A stretch of DNA of 64,000 bases from Bdellovibrio sp. (GTDB lineage: Bacteria; Bdellovibrionota; Bdellovibrionia; Bdellovibrionales; Bdellovibrionaceae): positions 2,272,001 through 2,336,000 of the forward strand of contig JAKFCY010000002.1 of NCBI GenBank assembly GCA_036676395.1, read 5' to 3'. This document shows positions 56,361-64,000 of the stretch, in pieces (position 1 is the first letter of the stretch; every line of letters starts with the position of its first letter). The position numbers and the translations under genes are program-made. The notes beneath the pieces were generated by a model that saw only the letters and a list, made by a program, of their open reading frames with translations, searched no databases and was not told the origin of the DNA.

Positions 56361-56971
56361 AACCCGGTATCCGCATTTTTAATATAATGAAGCACTTGTG
56401 ATTCGATTGAATCCGTATAGTTATCGATGATTTCAGCCATATCAGGAATTTGATCTAATTGTTCTGACTCAGACATGTTGATCTTTAAAAACGGAGACAT
56501 CCAATCTTCGACTGAAATTACGCCCTGTTGAAATAGAAATTTAAGACAGAAATGTAACTTAAATCTTTGCAAGTTTGTGGTTTTACCCAATTGGCGCAGT
56601 GAATGACCGACAAGGTTAAATAAGAAGTGTGAATCAAAATCACCTTCTTGTGAAACGTGATAGGCACAATTTAACATAAATAGACCGAATTCTAATTTAT
56701 CATAATCTGCACGAATATCTTTAAAATCATCGATCAGTACAGCTTCATTTAAAACATTGAGCTGATCATCAGATTTTTTTTCTTTATACGTAAGCAAGAC
56801 AAAATGTGTGGGCTCTAGAACACCACCACCGAAACGCTTTTTACTTTTTAAAGCAGAACGTGCAATAAAAGATTTTTTCGCACCCGCCATCGACAAGGCG
56901 TGAATGATTAAGTCGGCCTCGCCGTATTTCATTTTACGTAAGATAATAAATTTATTCTGCAACTCAGACAT
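56357..56971 (-). CDS. recO: DNA repair protein RecO (short form)
   Basis: IILRKMKYGEADLII, ARSALKSKKRFGGGVLEP. Confidence 0.88.
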   Translation of the reverse strand: MSELQNKFIILRKMKYGEADLIIHALSMAGAKKSFIARSALKSKKRFGGGVLEPTHFVLLTYKEKKSDDQLNVLNEAVLIDDFKDIRADYDKLEFGLFMLNCAYHVSQEGDFDSHFLFNLVGHSLRQLGKTTNLQRFKLHFCLKFLFQQGVISVEDWMSPFLKINMSESEQLDQIPDMAEIIDNYTDSIESQVLHYIKNADTGF

Positions 56972-58700
56972 TGCGTGGAACCTGAAAAATAAACTCTGTT
57001 CCTTGTCCAGGACTACTTTTCACGTGAACAGATCCATTATGAGATTTAATAATTTGATAAACGATGTATAGCCCCAAACCCAAACCACCATAACTTTGAC
57101 TAGAGACTCCACGTTCAAATTTATTAAACATTTTTTTCTGAAACTCGTCAGAAATACCGATACCATTATCTTTGATACTGAAGATGGCTGAATCACCCTC
57201 GACACGTAAATTGATTTCAATAATTGCTTGCGTCGAAAATTTCACTGAATTACTTAGGCAATTTGTAATAACCTGTTCAATACGCTGGGCATCCCAATAA
57301 ACTTCGACTTCAGGCTGCAAAGACATCTGCACAGAGCAGTTGTTCGCTTTAAATATTGATTCAAACTTTTCAACCGTACCACGAATCAGAATATCAAGTT
57401 TAAATGGCGAAAGATTATACTGGTAGTGTTCTTCGCCGATGCGGCCCACATCTAATAGATCATCTATCAGTGCCACAATATGATTTAAATGTTTATTCGC
57501 ATTATCCAGAAGGCTTAAAATTTTTTCTTGGCTGGCGTGTCCTGTTTGCATCAGCTCTTTTACCAAAAAGATTTCCATTTTAAGAGGCGTCAGCGGTGTA
57601 CGTAGCTCATGCGAAGCGACCGTCATAAATTCTTCACGCACCTTTGTCGCTATTTCGGCAGTGACACGTCCATCGCGTTCATGCAAAAAAAATGTTACCG
57701 CCAACATCAATAACAATACAATGAAAGCCGCTACATATGGAATTCCTAAATGGATCACTGATTTATACTGGCTTGACGGAAAATGCGTAAACCGCCAAGT
57801 ACGCTGTCCTACCGTCAACAATGTGCTAAAAATCAATTCCTCATCAACATCATCTTCGATTTCTGTAAAACTAACTAATTTAGCTGCTTGCGAATCATAG
57901 CGAAGCGTCTTTAAGGGAGCCGCATCTTTGGTAACTTGTTCGACGATAAAGTCTACTCCGTCGGCTTGTGACGAAACAATTGCTGCTTCAATGAATTTTT
58001 TTAATCGAAAAACACCGGCGGCAAAGTCATTCGTTTTTTGAATGCTTAGGTAAACTACGAAACCAAGCTCTCCTTGAGCCAGTGTTAACCACGGTGAAAT
58101 ACCAAGACCATTAGTTTCAGCTATCATCAAGGCTTCATTGGCTTCTGGCGTAAAACTGACATCGTAACCAAGTGCTGCGATATTCTCCTGCAGAGGCTCA
58201 ACAAAATTAAGCACATAATAATGATCGCGCATCGCCGCAGGTTTTAATTTTCCATCAGGGCCCAACTCTTTGATCACAAAGTTCAAGAAACCTTCAGCTT
58301 TTAACTGAGATTCATACTTTGCCCGTTCCGGACCAGTTACACGAATCATATGTTCGATGGCCTGAAGACCGGGGTGACGAAGCAGTGAATTCGATACAAA
58401 ATCTTTAAACTGCTGGCGCGAAATATCTTTGCGTGTAAAGAATAAATTTTGAATCGAGTAAATGACTTCTAAATTTTGATTAAATGATTTTTCTAAAAGT
58501 GACTCTACGGTCTTTGCACGAAACTCAATCTTGGAATGATTTTTTTCTTCGATGTACTCTTGCATCAGCGCAAACGAAATGAATGCCAGAGCAAAACTCA
58601 CCACAATTAATAAATTGTGAAACGTGAAAATCCGCTGCAAACGGCTTCTAGATAGTTGTTTGATATTGTTCTCCAAGAATCGATAACAGTTTAGCAACAT
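56964..58700 (-). CDS. CHASE-domain membrane sensor histidine kinase
   Basis: TM, CHASE-like (VEPL..N.AALGYD), TM, ASHELRTPL, HATPase boxes; start uncertain. Confidence 0.88.
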   Translation of the reverse strand: MLLNCYRFLENNIKQLSRSRLQRIFTFHNLLIVVSFALAFISFALMQEYIEEKNHSKIEFRAKTVESLLEKSFNQNLEVIYSIQNLFFTRKDISRQQFKDFVSNSLLRHPGLQAIEHMIRVTGPERAKYESQLKAEGFLNFVIKELGPDGKLKPAAMRDHYYVLNFVEPLQENIAALGYDVSFTPEANEALMIAETNGLGISPWLTLAQGELGFVVYLSIQKTNDFAAGVFRLKKFIEAAIVSSQADGVDFIVEQVTKDAAPLKTLRYDSQAAKLVSFTEIEDDVDEELIFSTLLTVGQRTWRFTHFPSSQYKSVIHLGIPYVAAFIVLLLMLAVTFFLHERDGRVTAEIATKVREEFMTVASHELRTPLTPLKMEIFLVKELMQTGHASQEKILSLLDNANKHLNHIVALIDDLLDVGRIGEEHYQYNLSPFKLDILIRGTVEKFESIFKANNCSVQMSLQPEVEVYWDAQRIEQVITNCLSNSVKFSTQAIIEINLRVEGDSAIFSIKDNGIGISDEFQKKMFNKFERGVSSQSYGGLGLGLYIVYQIIKSHNGSVHVKSSPGQGTEFIFQVPRNV

Positions 58701-59013
58701 CGAATGGCTTTAGCAGCGTTGTGTAATTTTTTATTTCATGAGCTTTGTTGCGGGCTGCGGTCATAACAATGATGGGAACCTTAGGATTAATGTGGCCACC
58801 TTCCATCATCTTCATAAATTCGAAGCCATCCATCACTGGCATCATTAGATCTAACAAAATAACTGAGGGGGCTGGGCCGCGAGTTAAAGTTTCTAAAGCC
58901 TCTTTACCATTAGAGACACAATTAACAACGTAACCGTGCAACTCAAGGATCATTTTAATAGCGGCTTGAATGTCTTTGTCGTCATCGACAATGAGTACAC
59001 TTGTTTCGTTCAC
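58648..59013 (-). CDS. Single-domain response regulator
   Basis: VDDD, LLDLMMPVMDG, TA, KPF. Confidence 0.9.
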   Translation of the reverse strand: MNETSVLIVDDDKDIQAAIKMILELHGYVVNCVSNGKEALETLTRGPAPSVILLDLMMPVMDGFEFMKMMEGGHINPKVPIIVMTAARNKAHEIKNYTTLLKPFDVAKLLSILGEQYQTTI

Positions 59014-59043
59014 CCTGTAATATTATGGCCTAGGCCAAAGGTG

Positions 59044-60018
59044 TCAAGAAATAGACCAAGTCGATTCATGAGTTAGTTTATCGTGGATTTCAGTGATTTT
59101 TTGTAAGGTGTTCTCGCTCACTGCATTGAGATCAATTATTAAAAGCCCCATCATCAAATCTACGCTTTTTGCCTCGGCCCACCATGCCGGAATTGCCTCA
59201 ATAACCCAACTGGGAAGCTCGCTGGGAGCAAAAGCCTCATCTGCTTTAAAGTTCAATTCAGCTTTAAGAGCTGACCCCGCTACTGTCTTCGAACAGATCA
59301 CTAAGCGATCTTGTAAAGTTGCTGGTTTCATAGCAAAACGGTTAAAATAATTTAACACGAAGTCATCGATCTTTTTCAGAAGCGCTGTGTTGACCTGAGT
59401 CTCAGCCGCGGCTTTTGAAAGGTAGTTTTTCACTGTTTCTAAATTATTCTGATAATGGCCAATCAAGGTCGGCGTTTTCAACTTTTCGCCATGATAAACA
59501 AGACATTTTTCGTCTTTGAAGGCCGAACCCGATTCGATAAACACTGAATAGCCAAACTGCTTTATAACATCAGCATCTTCAGCATTAAACTTAGACTTAA
59601 CTTCAATAGAAAAAATTCTTTTAGCTGATAATAATTTATGAATTTCTTGGCGTTGTTCAAGGTTTAAAATTTTTTCGCCAGTGATTTCATTTTCTGAAGA
59701 CCATAATACAAAATTTACTTCATGATCAAATTGCGAAATATACTGCGCTACATTTTCATTTTCTTTTTTAAAAAGTAGCGGTGTTTGCAAACGGTAAAAA
59801 TGTGGCAATAAACATTCTTGCAAACTTGAGCCTGCACGAATCGAACCTACTTTTGGACGATGTGATAAAAACTGTAATAAACCAAAACATAAATCATAGC
59901 CGGCCAACATCACATTTTCAAAAGCACGCACCCTTAACGGCTGGCCAAACTTTTTAGAAACAGCTTCTGATAACTGTTCATTAAGAGCCTGGTAATTTTC
60001 AGCGTAAAGGTAGTTCAT
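59044..60018 (-). CDS. Hypothetical protein, remote class-V PLP-transferase (IscS/NifS)-like
   Basis: Long ORF; FVLWSSENEITGE...EIHKLLSAKRIFSI resembles the IscS VSIMHVNNEIG...RGIIYH segment. Confidence 0.5.
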   Translation of the reverse strand: MNYLYAENYQALNEQLSEAVSKKFGQPLRVRAFENVMLAGYDLCFGLLQFLSHRPKVGSIRAGSSLQECLLPHFYRLQTPLLFKKENENVAQYISQFDHEVNFVLWSSENEITGEKILNLEQRQEIHKLLSAKRIFSIEVKSKFNAEDADVIKQFGYSVFIESGSAFKDEKCLVYHGEKLKTPTLIGHYQNNLETVKNYLSKAAAETQVNTALLKKIDDFVLNYFNRFAMKPATLQDRLVICSKTVAGSALKAELNFKADEAFAPSELPSWVIEAIPAWWAEAKSVDLMMGLLIIDLNAVSENTLQKITEIHDKLTHESTWSIS

Positions 60019-60171
60019 ACTCTTATTTCAAACTGAAATCGCACAAATAACAAAGCGATTTAGCTGATATTTAGACTAGACCACTGACATTTGTCCAATT
60101 CTCAAGGCCACCAGTCTAAGTCATAATGGTATTTGGAAGTCGTGTCGAAGACACGCAAAGGACATCTGCAT

Positions 60172-60783
60172 ATGAAAAAACTATTGTTGTTAGTATTACT
60201 TTTTCCCATGAGTTCATGGGCTTTATTTACAGCTCGCGCGACTTACACTGGAGTCGTTGCCAAAGATGCGCTTAAAGATGTTTGCGCCGGCACTTCATGC
60301 GAAGGCGTTGCTCCCGATATGGTTCCTCTTTATGGCTTAGGCGCTGATGTGATTGTAAAACTTCCCTTAGTACCAATTGGTTTTGGTATACGCACTGAAA
60401 AATTAGGATTAGATGTAAATAAAAACGGAGTTGAAGGCGAAGCCAGTTTAAACAGAACAGCCGCTTTAATTAATTATCGCTTTATTGATACGATCATTCA
60501 TTTTGGCTTAATCGGCTCGTATGGTGTTGATCACAGTGCCAACATTCGCGTAGCTCAATCAGGCTCAAATGTTGTGGATTACTCAGGCGGCAGTTTAAAG
60601 TCATACTCTTTAGGGCTTGAACTGGAAGTAAAACCTTTAATTATTATTCCATTAATTGTTGGAGCTGAAACTGGAATTATGAATACTAAGTGGAGTGGCG
60701 CTACTAATTCGGTAAACAGCACCACCAAAGATATCGACTTAAGCGGAACTTATATTAAGTTTTTCTTAGGTATTGATATCTAA
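60172..60783 (+). CDS. Putative outer-membrane beta-barrel protein
   Basis: AAGGA RBS, signal MKKLLLLVLLFPMSSWA, amphipathic strands, C-terminal YIKFFLGIDI. Confidence 0.7.
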   Translation: MKKLLLLVLLFPMSSWALFTARATYTGVVAKDALKDVCAGTSCEGVAPDMVPLYGLGADVIVKLPLVPIGFGIRTEKLGLDVNKNGVEGEASLNRTAALINYRFIDTIIHFGLIGSYGVDHSANIRVAQSGSNVVDYSGGSLKSYSLGLELEVKPLIIIPLIVGAETGIMNTKWSGATNSVNSTTKDIDLSGTYIKFFLGIDI

Positions 60784-60786
60784 AAT

Positions 60787-60818
60787 AAAAAAAGGAGAAG
60801 TTTTAACTTCTCCTTTTT
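60787..60818. terminator. Bidirectional intrinsic terminator
   Basis: AAAAAGGAGAAGTT-tt-AACTTCTCCTTTTT between convergent genes. Confidence 0.85.
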
Positions 60819-60853
60819 AATTCTCTGATTCTAATTTTCAGTTCTATTTATAA

Positions 60854-61378
60854 CTAGATACCTGATTTTAAACGTTCTTGATCATCAACCACAGATTGAA
60901 TTCCACCTTTAAGACCTGGGCGGTAAGCCAAGTGTTTGATGTCGTATGTAAAGTTAGCTCCGTTTAAGCCAGGAGTTTGCCACTCAGGCCCTAAACGAAT
61001 TGCATCCACTGGGCACGCTTCTTCACAGAAACCGCAGAATACACAACGTAGCATATCGATTTCATACGCGATGGGGTATTTTTCAACATGTGGATCTGGA
61101 TGTTCAGATGCAGTGATTTTGATACAATCTGCTGGGCAGTTTGTCGCACATAACATACAAGCCGTACAACGAATTGCACCGTCTTTTTTCACAGTAAGAA
61201 TGTGATTGCCTTTAAATCTTGGAGAGTACTCATACTTCTCTTCAGGATAATTTAAAGTGATCATTTCTTTTTTGTTAAAAATATTTTTTAACATATGTCT
61301 CATAGTAATACCCATGCCCGTTAAAATCCCGGGTAAGTACCATTTTGATTTTTCAGAAGTGTTTTGCATTACAGCCAT
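60854..61378 (-). CDS. nuoI: NADH-quinone oxidoreductase subunit I
   Basis: YPEE, CTACMLC...CP, CVFCGFCEEACP. Confidence 0.95.
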   Translation of the reverse strand: MAVMQNTSEKSKWYLPGILTGMGITMRHMLKNIFNKKEMITLNYPEEKYEYSPRFKGNHILTVKKDGAIRCTACMLCATNCPADCIKITASEHPDPHVEKYPIAYEIDMLRCVFCGFCEEACPVDAIRLGPEWQTPGLNGANFTYDIKHLAYRPGLKGGIQSVVDDQERLKSGI

Positions 61379-61387
61379 AAATTACTC

Positions 61388-62998
61388 CTACAATTTTCCG
61401 CGTTGAAAAACGAATTCATTTTTCTTACGGAAGTCTAAAGTTACTTGGTCTGCAGGTTTGTTCGCTGCCACAAATAAGTTTTTAGGGTTTAAAGTTTCAA
61501 TTTTGATCTCTTCACCAGCTAATAAAGCCGCTGCTTCAGTCACTGTTAAAGCTTCAGATACAACCGTTGTTACTTTTTTGAAAGTTTGTGAAACACCAGC
61601 ATGGTTGATGAATGTTCCAGATTTTTCAATGTAAGTTTTAAGCGGGATAATCGTAGCTGATTTTAAAGATTTGTTAGCCACTAATGAATCTACTTTAGCA
61701 GACGTCATGTAAATTAAATTTTGCGCTTTCGCAAAAGACTCTAATTTAGCCGTGAAATCTTTGTAAACCGGAATGTTCTCAGGACCAACTACAACTAAAT
61801 GTTTAACTTTAGACGGGTCTAAATCAGAAAATTTAGTTGAGATGCCATGCTTTGCAAAAACTTGCTGTAAACCTTTAGTGTTTGGATTTTTATCGCCACG
61901 TAAAAGGATACCATCAAACGCAGTAGCGTGTGATTCAGATTCAGCCTGCCACCAGTGATAGATATTTTTAGTTTTGTATGTATTTACAAAAGTAGAAACG
62001 ATTGCTTCTAACTCTTCAACTGTGTGCTGACCTGTTACTACTAATGCAATGTCGTTACCAGAAGCGCCTTTTAAAGATAACGAAGCATCTTTTGCAGCTG
62101 CTCCTGCGTGAAGCTCAGAGTGCCATTGGCCATTCGCTAATTTGTGACCTTTGATTTGACGATTTTCTTTGTTTACGAATTTGTAAACATCGCGGCCTTC
62201 ATCACACATCCAGTGACCGTTGATCGCATCATTACGCTTAGGCTTAACGCGGAAAATACCTTCTTTGTTGAAGTACACTTTAACGTTACAACCTGTCGAA
62301 CAACCGTTACAAACAGTTTCAGAATCTTTTAAAAACCACACACGTTGTCTGAAACGGAAGTCTTTAGAAGTTAAAGCTCCTACCGGACAAATATCTACAG
62401 TGTTTAAAGAGTATTTATTATCTAATGGTTTACCCGCGTGAGTTCCGATTTCGGCAACGTCACCACGATTGAAAATTCCTAATTCGTGAGTTTTAGAAAC
62501 TTCATCAGTGAAACGCACACAACGAGAACAAAGAATACAACGCTCAGAATCCAGAACCACTGTTGGTCCAAGATCTACAACCTTGTGTTTCTTTTGTTTT
62601 TTCTCAGACATTTCAGAGTTGTATTTACCAAACTCCATGTACTGTTCTTGTAAACCGCACTCACCAGCTTGGTCACAGATCGGACAATCAAGTGGATGGT
62701 TAATTAAATGGAAATCTAATCCCCATTTTGCCGCCTCGACAACTTGGTCAGAAGTATTATTAACTTTCATGCCTTCAGTTACAACCGTGTTACAGGCGAT
62801 TTGTAAACGTGGATTTCCTTCGATCTGAACCATACATAAACGGCAAACACCGGCGATACTTAAACCCGGGTGCCAGCAGTAGTGAGCAATCTTTTGTTGA
62901 TTCTCATACATAGCTTCGATGATTGTAGACCCAGCTTTAACCTGAAGAGCTACACCGTTAATTGTACAATTAATGAGAGGCTGTTGCTGCATATGCAT
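61388..62998 (-). CDS. nuoG: NADH-quinone oxidoreductase subunit G (short)
   Basis: CWHPGLS..GVCRLC, HPLDCPICDQAGECGLQ, CILCSRC, DICPVGALT, CNGCSTGC. Confidence 0.93.
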   Translation of the reverse strand: MHMQQQPLINCTINGVALQVKAGSTIIEAMYENQQKIAHYCWHPGLSIAGVCRLCMVQIEGNPRLQIACNTVVTEGMKVNNTSDQVVEAAKWGLDFHLINHPLDCPICDQAGECGLQEQYMEFGKYNSEMSEKKQKKHKVVDLGPTVVLDSERCILCSRCVRFTDEVSKTHELGIFNRGDVAEIGTHAGKPLDNKYSLNTVDICPVGALTSKDFRFRQRVWFLKDSETVCNGCSTGCNVKVYFNKEGIFRVKPKRNDAINGHWMCDEGRDVYKFVNKENRQIKGHKLANGQWHSELHAGAAAKDASLSLKGASGNDIALVVTGQHTVEELEAIVSTFVNTYKTKNIYHWWQAESESHATAFDGILLRGDKNPNTKGLQQVFAKHGISTKFSDLDPSKVKHLVVVGPENIPVYKDFTAKLESFAKAQNLIYMTSAKVDSLVANKSLKSATIIPLKTYIEKSGTFINHAGVSQTFKKVTTVVSEALTVTEAAALLAGEEIKIETLNPKNLFVAANKPADQVTLDFRKKNEFVFQRGKL

Positions 62999-64000
62999 GT
63001 CCTTTGTACGCTGTACCTTTTACTTTTGATTTACCTTCACGCACGAAATACTCGAATTCGTCGCGGAATTTAGTCACAAAACTAATAATTGGTAATGCTG
63101 CTGCATCAGAAAGAGCGCAGATCGTGCGGCCTTTCATATTATCAGCAACTTTTACAAGTAATTCGATATCTTGTAAGCGACCCTTACCTGATAAGATCGA
63201 ATGAACGATTTTATCTGCCCAACCCGTGCCTTCGCGGCATGGAGTACATTGGCCACAAGATTCGTGGTGATAAAAGTGAGTCAAATTAGCTAAGCATTCA
63301 ACCATACATTTAGAATCATCGATCACGATAATCGCGCCTGACCCTAACATTGTTCCGGCTTGGGCTAAGTTTTCATAATCAAGAGTGGCTTTTAAGGCTT
63401 CTTCAGCGGTTAAAACCGGAGCCGATGATCCACCAGGAATTACGGCTTTTAATTTTTTGCCGTTTTTAATTCCACCGCCAAGCACATTGATCATATCTTT
63501 TAATGGATATCCCAATGGAACTTCGTAGTTGCCTGGTTTATTAACGTTACCTGATAATGAGAATAATTTTGAACCCGCAGATTTTTCAGTTCCGTATTTA
63601 CGGTAACCTGCAGCCCCATCACGCATGATGTATTTAACCGCTGCTAAAGTTTCTACGTTATTAACGATTGTTGGTTTTTTTAAATAACCTTGAACCGCCG
63701 GAAATGGTGGTTTTAATTTCGGTTGGCCTTTTAAACCTTCAAGAGATGAAATCATTCCTGTTTCTTCGCCGCAGATGTAGGCGCCTGCTCCGCGGTACAC
63801 ATCCATATCGTGATCAAAACCAGAACCTAGGATGTTTTTTCCAAGAAGACCTGCCTTGTAAGCTTCTTGAATCGCTGTGTTTAATGCGTTGATTGAATCA
63901 TCGTATTCACCACGAACATAGATATAAGATTTTTTACAGTTGATCGCAAAAGCCGAGATGATCATGCCTTCTACTAACTGATGCGGAGCTTTTTCCATCA
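62970..64000 (-). CDS. nuoF: NADH-quinone oxidoreductase subunit F (C-terminal part; runs off window end)
   Basis: GAGAYICGEET, NNVET, ESCGQCTPCREG, ICAL. Confidence 0.96.
   Translation of the reverse strand, partial: MEKAPHQLVEGMIISAFAINCKKSYIYVRGEYDDSINALNTAIQEAYKAGLLGKNILGSGFDHDMDVYRGAGAYICGEETGMISSLEGLKGQPKLKPPFPAVQGYLKKPTIVNNVETLAAVKYIMRDGAAGYRKYGTEKSAGSKLFSLSGNVNKPGNYEVPLGYPLKDMINVLGGGIKNGKKLKAVIPGGSSAPVLTAEEALKATLDYENLAQAGTMLGSGAIIVIDDSKCMVECLANLTHFYHHESCGQCTPCREGTGWADKIVHSILSGKGRLQDIELLVKVADNMKGRTICALSDAAALPIISFVTKFRDEFEYFVREGKSKVKGTAYKGHAYAATASH

Overview
A mostly housekeeping window from an AT-rich bacterial chromosome. Gene content and protein style suggest a Bdellovibrionaceae-like predator (inference only). 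From 1 to about 33.6 kb lies the large minus-strand translation/transcription cluster: tRNA-Thr/Tyr/Gly/Thr, tuf, tRNA-Trp, secE-nusG, rplKAJL, rpoBC, rpsL-rpsG-fusA, and the S10/spc/alpha operons ending in a partial rpoA. The cluster departs from the canonical layout in several ways. rplX, map/infA, rpmG and the str-operon tuf are absent. fusA is a divergent EF-G2-type copy behind a terminator and is followed by a decayed tRNA-fMet fragment. A four-gene island (metallophosphoesterase, beta-barrel-like protein, Rof/YaeO-like Rho inhibitor, ABC1/UbiB kinase) splits rplL from rpoB. Two copies of a ~65-nt three-hairpin element sit in operon spacers. From 33.7 to 64 kb are thpR, rlmB, pyrF, proS, an ntrY/ntrX-like pair with a degenerate ATPase, ribE/ribB/ribH, clpB, mpg, a short flagellin with a sigma28-like promoter and a ~270-nt leader carrying 9 GGA motifs, a putative sigma28-driven lipoprotein, a bipolar histone-H1-like/acidic-tail protein, two paralogous receiver+kinase modules, a receiver-less sigma54 activator, xerC, recO and nuoF-nuoG-nuoI. 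No CRISPR array, rRNA, prophage or IS transposase was seen. All family calls come from motif recognition by eye, not database searches.
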